Assembly (NCBI GenBank): GCA_030390025.1
Contig: CM059432.1
Location: forward strand, 138,510,001 to 138,574,000
Length of the DNA stretch: 64,000 nt
Origin: Squalus acanthias
Lineage: Eukaryota
Direction: 5' to 3'
Part shown: positions 12,312-26,078 of the stretch, one piece after another
Numbering within the stretch: position 1 is the stretch's first letter
How the letters are laid out: each line of letters starts with the position of its first letter
Notes under the pieces: model-generated
Told to the model about the DNA's origin: nothing
What the model saw: the letters and a program-made list of their open reading frames with translations, nothing else
Databases searched by the model: none
Made by a program: the position numbers and the translations under genes

Positions 12312-13065
12312 AAGAAAGCTGACTCTGTTGTCACCTGTACCGCCTGAAGATCACAGTTCAGGTAATCAATGGAAATGCCAATAAGCCAGAATTGTACCAT
12401 GACTACTGGAAATAGAAGCACCTACTTTAAATTGGGGACTTGTAAATCCTCTGTGCCATTTGCTGCAGTTCTGGTGTATAGGATGCCTGATGTAAAGAAT
12501 ATCTATTTTAAATAGGCATTCAGTGTTGTAAGGTGGCATTAAGTATCCTGGAGGAAGCATCCTAGAAAGGACACAGTAATAATTGTATTTCAGCCATTTC
12601 TTAACTATTTCTCTTGCCTTTTTCTTTTCCGTTGGCTGCAAGGAGGTGCAGGCAAGCTTTAGACCTCACCTTACTGTACCAGCCCTACGCTTGCAATGCA
12701 GCTCCATGTGTCCTTGATGAAGATGGCACAGTTCTGAATTTTGCCTCTCTCATGACCCATACCCTGAGAAGATAATTTCCATCCCCACCCCGCCCCCTCC
12801 CCCAACATATATACGTGTGCCAGAACCTGCAGAAATGGTCTACAGAGTCTTGGCAGGTGTGGACAGTGGCACAGCCCTGGCTCTTCACCAGCCTGGCATG
12901 CCTTTTGTGCAGCGCTGTGTTGCGATTGAGATCGTTTCGGAGGAAGCTTCCAACAACACCGTTTAAAAAAAAAAAGACTTGAAGACCGTGCATTTATATA
13001 GCGCCTTTCACGACCTCAGGACGTCCCAAAGCGCTTTACAGCCAATGAAGTACTTTTGAAGTGTA

Positions 13066-13260
13066 AAATAACAACAGAAAACGCTGGAAAAACTCAGCAG
13101 GCCAGGCAGCATCCGTGGAGAGAGAAAGAGAGTTAACGTTTCAGGTCGATGACCTTTCGTCAGAACTGTGAAGAGCCGGAAATCAAATAGATTTAAGGCC
13201 AGAGTAAAGCTGGGAAAAGGGGGAGGGGATAAAAGAACAAAGGGGGAGATGAAGAACAAG
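13066..13260 (-). mobile_element. Penelope 3'-terminal fragment inserted in a SINE
   Basis: Similar to 54951-55140. The SINE sequence gaagtgta|gtcactg is split around it. Confidence 0.8.
13131..13168 (-). ncRNA. Minimal type I hammerhead ribozyme motif (Penelope-associated)
   Basis: Minus strand agtt-CTGACGA-aggtc atc gacct-GAAA-cgtt-aact: CUGANGA and GAAA cores, 5-bp stem II, agtt/aact stem I and palindromic ACGT at stem III. Confidence 0.7.
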
Positions 13261-13859
13261 GTAGTCACTGTTGTAATGTAGGAAACACGGCAGCCAATTT
13301 GCACACAACAAGCTCCCACAAACCGCAATGTGATGATGACCAGATAATCTATTTTTTAGTGATGTTGGTTGAGGGATAATTATTGGCCGGGACACCGGGG
13401 AGAACTCCCCCGCTCTTCTTCAAAATGGTGGCCGTGGGATCTTTTACATCCACCCGAGAGGGCAGACGGGGCCTCGGTTTATCATCTCATCTGAAAGACA
13501 ACATCTTCGACAGTGCAACGGTTCCTCAGTGCTGCACTGGGAGCATCAGCTTGGATTTTTGTGTTCAAGTCTCTGGAATGGGGCCTGAAACCACAACCTC
13601 TGACTCAGAAGCAAGAGTGCTGCCCACTGAGACACAGCCGATAGTATTATTTGGAGTTCAGTAATAAGGTTGCACAAAATGCAAGGCCTGTACTTTTACA
13701 GAGCCGATGTCTGCTGTTTATTTCACTACCTGTCTGATCACACAAGCATAATGAGGACTGCGAGTCTGATCAGCACTCTAAGGACAGTATAGAAAATTTG
13801 CAATTCTCTTCACATATCTAAGTTAGTAAATTCTGAAGGATCTCACTCAGGAAGATTTG

Positions 13860-14415
13860 TCAACAACAACAACTTGCATTTATATAGCGCCTTTAACTGG
13901 TAAAACGTCCCAAGTCGCTTCGCAGGAGCGATTATCAAAATTTGACACCGAGCCACATAAGGAGACATTAGATCAGGCGATCAAAAGCTTGGTCAAAGAG
14001 GTAGGTTTTAAGGAGTGTCCTAAAGCAGGCAAGAGAGAGGCAGAGGCGGAGAGGTTTAGGGGGGGAATTCCAGAGCTTAGGGCCTAGGCAGCTGAAGGCA
14101 CGGCCGCCAATGGTGGAACGATGGAAATCGGGGATGAGCAAGAGGCCGGAACTGGAGGAGCGCGGAGATCTCGGAGGGTTGTAGGGCTGGAGGAGGTTAC
14201 AGAGATAGGGAGGGGGCGAGGCCACGGAGGGATCTGAACACAAGGATGAGAATTTTAAAGTCGAGGCCTTGCCAGGCCAGGAGCCAATGTGGGTCAGCAA
14301 GCACGGGGGCGATGGGTGAATGGGACTTGGTGCGAGTTAGGATACAGGCAGCAGAGTTTTGGATGAGCTATAGTTTAAAGAGGGTGCAAGGTGGGAGGCC
14401 GGCCAGGAGAGCATT
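13860..14415 (-). mobile_element. L2 LINE 3' fragment
   Basis: PPYLCNLLQPYNP...GGRAFSCLGPKLWNS...LKTYLF. Confidence 0.85.
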
Positions 14416-16012
14416 ATCTTCCATGGGTTAGGTTCTTCGGTGTGCCTTGTTGACAGGAAAAAAAAGGGGCAGAGAAACAGTAGTATGGGGACATTCTCTG
14501 CAACTTTGACCAGTTAACGTGTAGTGGTGAGAATAGGGGACTATTCATCTGTTTCCGACACGTGGATTGTGTGTATGGGCAACAACCCTTAAACATTTTA
14601 TATAATAAATCCAAGTTCTTTTCAACAGGGCATACTCTCTTGTAGAAATAAATGGGAGAGATTTGAGTCTTTTATACCTTTAACAGGTGTATAGTATGTA
14701 TTCACAGTTTCACCTTACTCTAAAACAGACAAGCAACAGTTGCAATTTAACAATTCTTCACTGCCCTGAAACGATTCATTTTACAAAGTAAAACATCAAT
14801 CTTAACATCACAGCAGCCAGAATGTGCTGCCATAATACATGCTTTGTTAATGAAACAAAATGCAATGTCAAGATCTTTCAACCTATAGTACAAGTACTAC
14901 ATAAAAGGAGGTGAACTATTTAACACCACAAGGATTAACAGCACTGTGTAGGATGGGTTTCTGGTGAAAGGTGATTCTTACGAGACCCTCAGCAGAAAAT
15001 ACACAGACAGCACCGAATATCGTAATCAGCAACAAGGACTAGGCTGAAACTATTTCCTAAGTGTCGCTGGTGCAAAACACCCGACAAATTCATCAAAGGG
15101 CTACAATGACAACGACGTTTAATATCGAGGTTGCGGCAGGATTCAACGGAAATGTTTGCAGGGTGAAAAAATAATTGTACAGAGTGGTGCTTTTCAGGTA
15201 CATATTATAAAGATGGAACCTTTAGGCCCTCGCAAACACCAACTCCCCCCCCCACCCCCATACTATACTGGTGGCGCAACAAAACTGTCGTCAGTCTCAA
15301 GGACAAATGACCATACACCAACCGGGGCTGTATACAATCCGAGACATGTTATCATGTGGGCAAACTATTGTACTAAAATTGTATTCATTGCTTTTCAGAA
15401 TGTTATCAGCTATATGGCAACTGTTCCGTGTGAAAAATAAAGCACTCCTGTATTTTGTTGGTGAGGGGCCACCTCTGCACTGTGGTGATTAGAAAAATAG
15501 ATCATTTCGATGGCAGCTTACAAACCACTGGTTTTGATCCTTTAAAAAAAAGATGTCAATTGTTTAACTATTTCTGCTAGTCAATAATGAGGATTGTCTT
15601 TACACTCTTTTGGTTCTCTTCTACATCCCATCGCCGATTTTTACAAATATTTATATATACATGCATATATATATATATATGACGCAATAGATAAACTGAT
15701 GACTTGATAATTCCAGACAGATTTGTCAATGGCAAATTCTGCTGTATGGTATTAATAAAACTGCTGGATAAGCAAGACACATTTATACAGAAAGTGACAC
15801 AAATGCTGTGAAAGATTATTTCAGATTATCAATGCGTCGAGATTAATGATGGCCAGGTTTACCAGTCATCGCTGAGCCTATATTCAGCACTTAACCCAAT
15901 CGCCAACCTCATGGCTTTCTGTACTGCTGTCGGCAAGGACAGATAGTCTGTGCCCCAGTGTTTAGAATGTCATTCTTCAGCTACAGTAACACTACACCTT
16001 TTGCATTGATGC

Positions 16013-16399
16013 AAAGAAAGACTTGCATTTCTATAGCGCCTTTCACAACCTCAGGGCGTCCCAAAGCTCGTTACAGCCAATGAAGTATTTTTGAAGTATA
16101 GTCAATGTAGGAAACATGGTAGCCAATTTGCACACAGCAAGGTGATAATGGTCAGGTCACCAGGGAGAATTACCCTGTTATTCTTCAAATAGTGCGGTGG
16201 GATCTTTTACGTCCACCTGAGGGGGCAGACAGGGCCTCGGTTTAACGTCTCATCTGAAAGACAGCTCCTCTGACAGTACAGCACTCCCTCAATACTGCAC
16301 TGGAGTGTCAACCTGGATTATGTGCTCAAGTCCCTGGAGTGGGAATTGAACCCACAACCTTCTGACTCGGAGGTGAGGGTGCTATCCACTGAGCCACGG
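16013..16399 (-). mobile_element. Deu-domain SINE (internal deletion)
   Basis: Runs from tail aagaaagacttgcattt to head cactgagccacggc. Confidence 0.85.
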
Positions 16400-17169
16400 C
16401 AGGTACAGGTGTGCGTAAACATGAAAATGGGCGTACAGTTTTGATCCTGCTCTGGCGCCGAGCTCAGTGAAGCCAAGTGCCCGCCTCACACCAGTTTGGG
16501 ATTCACGCCGGCTGCAGTACAACTCCAGTCCAATGCAAAGCCGCATTTTAAGACGTTTCCATGGGGCGACCCGGGAACTTTTGAACATTTAGCACAACAT
16601 CTTTTTTAATGCTGTGAGGGAACGGAAGCTCCCGTTCGCACTATTTCTAACGTTAAAAGCGAAGCTATTGGGAAGTGTAACTATGCGCATGTGCCCGACG
16701 CATGCATGTGCAGAAGAGCTCATTTGTGGCCGGCCTCTCTGTAACCTGGACGGATGCACAGCTAGCGGTATAACTCCAGTCTGCAGATACTGAAGAGTAC
16801 AACGGTTGTTTAGTTTTACATACACTGTAGTAGACTAATGGTGAGTCTTACTTCACCAACATTATCTGTATTTAGGACTGCAGTAAAGACCTACACTTTG
16901 TACAAAGTCTCTATCTCAGTGAAAGAGGTTACAGTATCATAGAATCTTACAGCAAAGGAGGCCATCGTGCCCGTGCCGGCTCTTTGAAGGACCGATCCAA
17001 TCAGTCCCACTCCCTGCTCTTTCCCCTTGGCCCTGCCAATTTATTCCTTTTCCAGTCGAAATTTTTGATCAAGACCATCTTATTTCTTGGACTATTATCA
17101 AAGAGTACTTTTTTCCTCTCAAATATATGTGCTTAGACGTGCAACCAGAGCAAATCACTTCCATCCGTA

Positions 17170-18515
17170 ACTTGGAGTGCTGTGCTCAGTTCTGGTCTCC
17201 ATATTATAAAAAGGATATGAGGCACTGGAGACGGTGCAAAAAAGTTTTACAAGGATGATACCAGAACTGAGAGGTTATAACTATCAGGAAAGACTGAACA
17301 GGCTGGGGCTCTTTTCTCTAGAAAAGAGAAGGCTCAGGGGTGACCTGATTAAGGTCTTAAAGATTATGAAAGGGTTCGATAGGGTAGATGCAGAGAAGAT
17401 GTTTCCACTTGCGGGGGAGACCAGAACGAGGGGCCATAAATATAAGATAGTCACTAATAAATCCAATAGGGAATTCAGGAGAAACTTCTTTACCCAGAGG
17501 GCGGTTAGAATGTGGAACTCGCTACCACAAGGAGTGGTTGAGGAGAATAGCATAGATGCATTTAAAGGTAAGCTAGATAAACACATGAGGGAAAAGGAGT
17601 ATAAGAACATAAGAAATAGGAGCAGGAGTAGGCCATTTGGCCCCTTGAGCTTGCTCCACCATTCAATAAGATCAAGGCTGATCTACTACCTCAATTCCAC
17701 CTTCCCGCCCTATCCCCATATCACTTGACTCCCTTAATGTTCAAAAATCTATCGATCTCTGTCTTGAATATGCTCAACGACTGAGCATCCACAGCCCTCT
17801 AGGGTAGAAAATTCCAAAGATTCAGATCCCTTTGAGTGAAGAAATGTCCTAAATGTCCAAAATGTCCTACCTCTTATTCTGAGACTGTGACCCCCTAGTT
17901 CTAGACTCCCCATCCAGGGGAAACATGCTCCCAACATCTATCCTGTCAAGCCCTGCAAGAATTTTATATGTTTCAATGAGATCACCTCTCATTCTTCTAA
18001 ATTTTAGGGACTATAGACCTAGTCTCCTCAATCTCTCCTCATAGGACAATCCCCCCATCCCAGGAATCAGCCTGGTGAACCTTCGTTGCACTCCCTCTAT
18101 GGCAAGTATATACTTCCTTAGGTGAGGAGACCAAGACTGTGCACAGTACTCCAGGTGTGGTGTCACCAAGGCCCTATATAATTGCAGTAAGACTTCTTTA
18201 CTCTTAGCCTTTATTACAAGAGGATTGAAGTATATCATACCATTTGCTATCCTAATTGTTTGCAGTATCTGCATGTTAACTTTCAGTGATTCATGTACAA
18301 GGACACCCAGGTCCCTCTGAATAACAACATTTCCCAATCTCTCACCATTTAAAAAATATTCTGCTTTTCTACTTTTCCTACCAAAGGAACAGAAGGATAT
18401 GCTGATAAGGTTGCATGAAGTAGGGTGGGAGGAGGCTCTTGTGGAGCAGAAACACTGGCATGAACCAGTTGGGCCAAATGGCCTGTTTCTGTGCTGTGCA
18501 TTCGATGTAAATATG
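17170..18515 (+). mobile_element. CR1 3' fragment with an oppositely oriented CR1 (about 17600-18385) nested inside
   Basis: LGLFSLEKRRLRGDLI...FFTQR..MWNSLP on plus, PHLEYCAQ.WSP on minus. The outer element resumes at ggaacagaaggatatgctgat. Confidence 0.85.
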
Positions 18516-18744
18516 TGTAAGCTATGTTGCACTGTGACATGGATAAATCACTCATTTGAAACATACTGTGACATTAATTTGCTGGTAAAATATCTCAGAC
18601 AGTGGTCATTAACCTTCAATAGGTTTACCAGAACCAATTTTGTTTGTCTCCCCTCTCTTCTCCAGAACACCTGGGCTTGCGTTGGGATGTGGATCCCTCA
18701 GGGGCTGACTGTCCTCAGCCGAGTGACCATTCTGGGTTTGTAAT

Positions 18745-19080
18745 TGCAGACAGCGAACATCAGCAGGCTATTCAGTCGAGTTGTGGAACCAAGGGTGATC
18801 CTGATCCTATCCATTAGCCACTGTCCATACAGGCACTCTTTTCGAGCAGGGGTCATTCGATAGTGATCCGGAGGCAGAAGCCTTGATGAACTTCACTTCC
18901 CCCCCCACCACCACCACCCCTTCCCAACTCAAGGCCATTGAGACCCACTGTGGACCTACTGCTTTGCTGAGATCAGAGATCTTGAACACACTGGGGATCA
19001 ACCTGGATTTTCCCAATCAGTATGGATTAGTGCTCGTACCATACTGTGAATTGCAATCACCCACTGAGCCATTGGAGGAA
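18745..19080 (-). mobile_element. Older, different tRNA-headed SINE remnant
   Basis: Ends in cactgagccattgg (box A on the minus strand). Related pieces (catcagcaggct..., gatag..atc.ggag) occur at about 9400-9480 and 10325-10470. Confidence 0.4.
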
Positions 19081-19082
19081 CT

Positions 19083-19474
19083 ACTTGAGCACAAAAATCT
19101 AGGCTGGCACTCCAGTGCAGTGCTGAGGGAGTGCTGCACTGTCGGAGGTGCCATCTTTTGGATGAGACGTTAAACCGAGGCTCCGTCTGCTCGCTCAAAT
19201 GGACATAAAATATTCCATAGCACTATTTTGAAGAAGAGCAGGAGAGTTATCCCCAGTGTCCTGGGCCAATATTTATCCATCCACCAACATCACCAAAAAA
19301 GATCATCTGGTCATTCTCACATTGCTGTTTGTGGGAGCTTTCTGTGTGCAAATTGGCTGCCGTGTTTCCTACATTACAACAGTGACTACACTTCAAAAGT
19401 ACATCATTGGCTGTAAAGCGCTTTGGGACGTCCTGAGGTCGTGAAAGGCGCGATATAAATACATGTCTTTCTTT
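19083..19474 (+). mobile_element. Deu-domain SINE, 5'-truncated
   Basis: Family body and tail. Confidence 0.85.
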
Positions 19475-19510
19475 TATCATGTTGTTCTCAACTGCAACGA
19501 GTTAAAATGT

Positions 19511-20345
19511 CAAATGAAGTTCAACACAGACAAATGTGAGGTATTACATTTTGGTAGGAAGAATAGGAAGGTCATTTATTACTTGGAGGGTGCGAGTCTA
19601 GGTGGGGTAGAGGAACAAAGGGATCTCGGAGTACAAATACACAAATCACTAAAAGTTGCGCCACAGGTTAGCAAGGCCTTAAAAAAAGCAAACCAAGCAC
19701 TAGGATGTATTTCTAGTGGGATAGAATTGAAAAGTAGGGAAGTTATGCTAAACCTGTATCGAACCTTGGTTAGACCACACTTAGAGTACTGCATACAGTT
19801 TTGGTCACCATATTATAAAAAGGATATAGAGGCACTGGAGAGGGTGCAGAGAAGATTGACAAGGATGATACCAGAAATGCGAGGGTATACATATCAGGAA
19901 AGGATGAACAGGCTGGGTCTCTTTTCTCTTGAAAAAAGAAGGCTGAGGCTGACCTAATAGAGGTCTTTAAAATTATGAAAGGATTTGATAGAGTGGATAC
20001 AGAGAGAATGTTTCCACTTGTGGGGAAGAGCAAAACCAGAGGCCATCAATATAAGATAGTCACCAAGAAATCCAATAGGGAATTCAGAAGAAACTTCTTT
20101 ACCCAAAGAGTGGTGAGAATGTGGAACTCGCTACCACAGGGAGTGGTTGAAGCGAATAGTATAGATGCATTTAAGGGGAGGCTGGACAAGCATATGAGGG
20201 AAGAAGGGAATAGAGGGTTATGCTGATAGATTTAGATGAGGAAAGATGGGAGGAGGCTCGAGTGGAGCATAAAGGTCGGCATTGACTGGTTGGGCCGAAT
20301 GGCCTGTTTCTGTGCCATATATCCTATGTAATCCTATGTAATGTA
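19511..20345 (+). mobile_element. CR1 LINE 3' fragment
   Basis: QMKFNTDKCEVLHFG...[13 protein letters not shown]... with a (cctatgtaat)n tail. Confidence 0.88.
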
Positions 20346-21119
20346 CAAGTCTTACGGAATGAAAAAGCTAAGAAGTAGATTACTTCTCTGCATTTAGTAT
20401 CATCCACAAAACAAAAGGACTACAAGCACAAATGCATTTCAGCCCAAACCAAGGCACACACACACACACACACACACACACAACTCCAACAGCAGTTAGA
20501 CATTGGTACATGATTAATCCACGCAGATGAAAGCAGCAGTTAAAAGAACAAGGAAGAATTCTGCAGAGATAAAAGATTACTCCTTTTGTGAAAAGCCCTG
20601 TTTATATTTGTTCAATGAAAGCGAAATGAGAAAATAAATACGTATTAGCAGCTCATTCTGGCAATACTTAATGTTTCACAAACTGCAGATGTGGAAGTAC
20701 TGTTGCTACTTACACCCCAGGGAACTAAGAGTATTAAAAAATTCTGAAGTAAATTGTTAGGCGTAGTGTATGTGTACGCTTGACGTATGCCAAGTAATTT
20801 TCGGTATGTGCCAAACTCTCGCACGTGCTGTGCCTTGTAATTTACCAGAGACGTTCTGCAGTGGGCCTCAGATACGTTGCTTTACTTTCTTACCTGTGCT
20901 TTTCCTGCTTTAACCCTTTCAGCACTGGATGGTCTTTACAGTTTTTCGAAATAAGCATGTTTACAAATGCAACAACTATGTTAAAAAAAAAAATCTCTGG
21001 AATTTCTCTGCCCCTGAGTCACATAAAGTAGAATTTTTTTTAAATATGGGAACCTGCAGAATATTTGAGTCACAATATTCTTTATACCCGGCATAAAACA
21101 TGTATACAGAGTAAATAAT

Positions 21120-21265
21120 GGATCATAGGACCAGGAAGAGGCCATTCAGTCCCTCGAGCCTGCTCCACCATTCAATTAGATCATGGCTGACGTGTTTCTA
21201 AACTCCATTTACCTGCCTTGGTTCCGTAACCCTTACCTACCAAAAACCTATCAATCTCAAGTTTT
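21120..21265 (-). mobile_element. CR1 3' end
   Basis: cataggaccaggaagaggccattcagtccctcgagcctg. Confidence 0.7.
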
Positions 21266-21852
21266 GAATCCCTTGAAATAAGTACAAGTCTCTCACCTCA
21301 CCGGGTGCAGATTTCCACTTGTAACAAAATTGTAAATTAATTTATGAACACCACATTTATGATTTTGCTGCATGTTGTGAACAGAGCAAATCTTCCGCCA
21401 TCAAGGGTTTCAAACAATGTTGATACCAATGTTGATGGTTCAGTGATTCATAACTTGGCACCTGACCCCTAACAATGGTTCCATATTCAGTCCCTAGAAT
21501 GATTCAAGAAAACGTAGTTATTGTTTTACACGCACACATGTATTCTGTGCTTTATTTTATTGGGTCTGTTTTGTGGCTCTTTGCAGCCTTCACGTTAAGG
21601 TGATGGTGCTGATGAACGGGGATAAATGGTTAACGATATCATCAATGTTTATCGAGACATGTCGACGAACAAAAAACCTCTGTGTCCATTCTGTGCAGTG
21701 CTGTCACTTTGCTTTATTTTGCCATTTTATATTGGTGTGGAAAAGGGGTACTGTTGTTTTCAAAGAGTTAATCCTGAACTTTGAGCTTTGCTCTCAACTA
21801 AAACTTTGGCCTGCAGGTATTCTATATAGTGAAGGCAGAAGGTAAAAATCAA

Positions 21853-23610
21853 GGGCTGGATTTTACCAACCTCGGCGGGTCCGTGGCGGGCGGCATCCGT
21901 GGCGGGTCCCGACCTCGCTGACGGCTCCAGCCCGCTGTCCAAAATGATTTTCCCCTGATTGGGCTTGTTAAGCCCACCCAGCGCATTTCCCAGGCCAATT
22001 GAAGGAAGCGGGTCTGATGACGTCACTTGATGACGTGTCATCAGCCGGTTTCCTTAAAGGGACTATGCGCAAATTTATTTTGACAGTTGAGCTGTGAGCA
22101 TTCTACAGCATTGAGGTGCTGCAAACACTGACAAGCACTGCACAAAAGTGCACAGCTGCACCCAGGCTCTCCCATGACTCCTTCCATATGCTTATGGAGG
22201 GAGTCACAGCACGCAAGGAGGTTCTCTTCCCTTCCCATGGGTGGAAGAGACCTCCCCAGGAGATCAATGCAACCTGGCTGCACATTGCACAGGAGGACAC
22301 AAGCAGGGATGTCGTCAGAAGGACCAGGCTGCAGTGGCGCAAACCTTTCAATGATCTCAGTAGATCACGAAATGTCACTGCAAAGCCACACACAACCTCA
22401 TCCTGCTGTGCCACTCATCACATCCCCATCACTCTGCCTTCCCTACCCTATCCTGCACATCCTTACTCACACCAAATTACCTTGCACCTCCACCCGTCCC
22501 TCTCTATCTACATTATCACTTCCCCATCTCACTAGCCACCCCTCACACTCACCCTCATCCTAGTTCAATCATAACAACTAAAAACACACAAGGGTAGGCA
22601 CTTGGGTGTTTTAACCAATGTTCATATGAAGTTTTTGTTAATGTGCTGTCAAACATTTGAAATCTTTATTTTCAACACTTTGCGTTCTTGAACAGATTTG
22701 TGTGCACCTTTGGCTTAGTGAGTTGCAGTGAATGGTGAGACATAACAGTACTCCCCGCAATAGTAATGAGTGTGAAAGGAATGGCTTGGACATTGTAGGG
22801 ATGCTTTATGGTGATGGTGTGGGGTGGTGCCAACCTGGTGCATCGTGTGGCAGCCAGGGTGTACAGTGCCAAGTGAAGTAAATGTGGCCATGGTGAGGCC
22901 ATCCCTGCCCTCCCGGGCAGCAATGTGATTGGGTGCTTATGCCCTGTGTCCTGTGCAGCATCAGTTGATTACAGAGAAGGTTGGTGTTGTTGTTGGTGCT
23001 GCTGGTGTTGGGGCTGATCGTGGTGGGATTCTGAGGACCAAGGTGAGATAGTTTCAAGGGCACCGATGCTGATGTAATAGATGGCAGGTGAAGTTGAGAT
23101 GACAGAAGTGAGCTGTCAATGGTGAGAGAGGTTGTTCCAATGAGGTGACACTGGATAGAGGGTTTACTCCAAACACTTGCAACCTGCATAAAGCTCAATC
23201 TGTCTTCCAAATGCAGTAAGCAACAGCTTCTGAGCTTGGAAAGTGAACAGCTGTGAGATGGGAGTTTTTATAGCACATTTGCAGCTGTCGAGTAGTGAGA
23301 TGATTCCATGGTCATTCAACTCTTGACCTGCTTACCTGACGTGATCCCGGAGCAGCGTGGACCCCGTGGACGACCTCATAAAATGTAAAGGTGAGCTCAA
23401 AATACTTTTTAATGGGCTGTTAACAAGGAGCTAATGACCTGAACTGCCTCCCCTGCCACTGCGTGTCGGGTCTGTTCAGCCCGGACAGACCTGACATCTG
23501 GGAAAGGCGCGTGGCGGCGGGTAGACAGCGGGGTCCCGACCCACTGTCAAAAAAGCTTTTTGCCCACCCGACCAGCCACCGAACCCGCTGACCCCCGAAA
23601 AATTCGCCCC
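21853..23610 (+). mobile_element. Harbinger internal-deletion element carrying a Myb/SANT-like exon
   Basis: TIRs GGGCTGGATTTT and (revcomp) GGGGCGAATTTT. TSD CAA at 21850-21852 and 23611-23613. Internal Myb/SANT-like ORF. Its right arm is homologous, inverted, to 57704-59720. Confidence 0.85.
22134..22373 (+). pseudogene. Harbinger Myb/SANT-like (NAIF1/MSANTD-type) DNA-binding domain remnant
   Basis: APRLSHDSFHMLMEGVTARKEVLFPSHGWKRPPQEINATWLHIAQEDTSRDVVRRTRLQWRKPFNDLSRSR fits the pattern RF..L..V..R..L...W..IA..V...RT..Q.RK.FNDL. No clear ATG upstream of the domain and a degenerate donor at 22374. Confidence 0.75.
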
Positions 23611-23620
23611 CAAGACTCAA

Positions 23621-24033
23621 GACCTCAGGACGTCCCAAAGTGCTTTACAGCCAATGTAGCGTAGACACTGTTGTAATGTAGGAAACGCAGCAGCTAATTT
23701 GTGCACAGCAAACTCCCACAAACAGCAATGAGATAATGGCCAGATAATCTGTTTTAGTGATGTTGGTGGAGGGATAAATATTGGCCCAGGACACCAGGGA
23801 GAACTTCCCCTGCTCTTCTTCGAAATACTGGCCATGGGATCTTTTACGTCCACCTGAGAGGGCAGACGGGGCCTCGATTTAACATCTCGTCCGAAAGACG
23901 GCACCTCTGACAGTGCAGCACTCCCTCAGTACTGCCCTGGGAGAGTCAGCCTAGATTTTGTGCTCAAGTTTCTGGAGTGGGACTTGAACCCACAACCTTC
24001 TGACTCAGGGGCAAGACTGAGCCACGGCTGACA
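23621..24033 (-). mobile_element. Deu-domain SINE
   Basis: Family match. Confidence 0.85.
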
Positions 24034-24767
24034 CAAGGTAAAAGGCACTATGGGCTAATTTTGACTAAAACACGGTCTGCTACGAGAGAATTTACCTTAC
24101 ATGTAGCATCATGTGTTAAATCAAAGGTATAAGTATTTTAATTCAACATCATAAATCACAGGTCCAGGAATAATGCTGCTGAAGGTCCGCTGGGGATTAT
24201 TTTTAGCAAGCAAAAAAAAAAGAAAAAATAAGCAGCTGGATATGTAAAACTGGATAGTAGTTTATTTAATTAGAGTTGGATAAATATAAATTTTAATAAG
24301 TCAAGATGGACTGAGAGATCAATAGGGATTGATTAAGAATGTCGCTTTACAGAACAGATTATATCTAAAACACATCCTGTGAGCATCAGCCAGCATTTAC
24401 TGCAGCGTCGTTTTCAGAAGTGTTACAGTAGGACTGTCAGCGCCAGAAAGTACAAAGGGAGCAGGATGTTGTAAATCAGTGCTGTGAATAAAAACTTTCC
24501 AGCACAAAAACCAGCAAAGAAACACCTTTAAAATATATTTTTTAAGGCTCATAGATAAATAGGCCCTTCCTAGTGAGATGTCGAGGATTTGTTAATGTGT
24601 GTATATATCGCAGCCACATCCTTGTCCGAGTTGGACAGCAGAGAGACTGCAGAAGCTACTCCTTCGTTTGGGGCAGCCTGCAGAGCAGTACAGCGCTGGA
24701 CCCGTCAGATCCTCCGCCCTCATGGCAAAACGATGGTCAGCGGAGGTTAGCGCCGCTCTCACAGGAG

Positions 24768-25908
24768 GCACACACACACACACTCACACACACACACACA
24801 CATAGACACAAACAAACACAGGCACACACACACACACACACATACTCACACACACACACATAGACACAAACAAACACAGGCACACACACACACACACACA
24901 TACACACACTCACACACACACACACACACACATAGACACAAATAAACACAGGCACACACACACATACACAAACACACACACACTCACACAGGCACACACA
25001 CACTCACACAGGCACACACACACACTCACAAACACACACACACTCACACAGGCACACACTCACACAGGCACACACTCACACAGGCACACACACACACTCA
25101 CAAACACACACACACTCACACAGGCACACACTCACACAGGCACACACACACACTCACAAACACACACACACTCACACAGGCACACACTCACAGGCACACA
25201 CACACACTCACACAAACACACACACACTCACACAGGCACACACTCACACAGGCACACACACACACACTCACACACATAGACACAAACAAACACACACATA
25301 CACACACTCACACAGGCACACAAACACACACACGCACACTCACACAGGCACACAAACACACACACACACTCACACACACACAGGCACACACACACACAGG
25401 CACACACACACACATAGACACAAACAAACACAGGCACACACACAGACACAAACAAACACACACACACACACACACAGGCACACACATACATGGGCATACA
25501 AACACACACACACACGCACATACACACAGGCACACACACACACACAGGCACACACATACATGGGCATACAAACAAACACATACACACACACATGGGCATA
25601 CAAATACACGCATACACACACACGGGCATACAAACACACACACACACACACGGGCATACAAACACACACACACACACAGGCACACACACACACATGGGCA
25701 TACAAACACACATACACACACACATGAGCTTACAAACACACACATACACACACGGGCATACAAACACACACACATGGGCATACACACACACACAGGCACA
25801 CACACACACACAGGTGCGCACACACACACATGTACACATACACAGGCACACACAGACACAAACACACAGGCACACACACAGATACACACACACAGGCACA
25901 CACACACA

Positions 25909-25939
<31 letters not shown>

Positions 25940-26078
25940 GCACACACACTCACAGGAACAAACACACACACAGGCACACACATAGACACAAACAAACACA
26001 CTGGCACACACACACAGGCACACACACACACAGACGGACAGGCGCGCGCGTACACACACACACACACACACAGGCACA
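24768..26078. repeat. Compound/cryptic (CA)n microsatellite, about 1.3 kb
   Basis: CA runs punctuated by aggc, ctca, tagac and tgggcata. Confidence 0.95.

Larger units (their letters stand above)
12975..13640 (-). mobile_element. Deu-domain SINE with nested Penelope fragment
   Basis: Reverse-complement copy split at 13066-13260. Confidence 0.85.

Noticed and set aside
16400..16800. Additional DNA-transposon remnant (CpG-rich, gcgcatg motifs)
   Set aside because: I could not define TIRs or a TSD.
22116..22535. Host NAIF1/MSANTD gene
   Set aside because: Lies between TIRs with a TSD, has no clear start, and has no downstream exons within the element.
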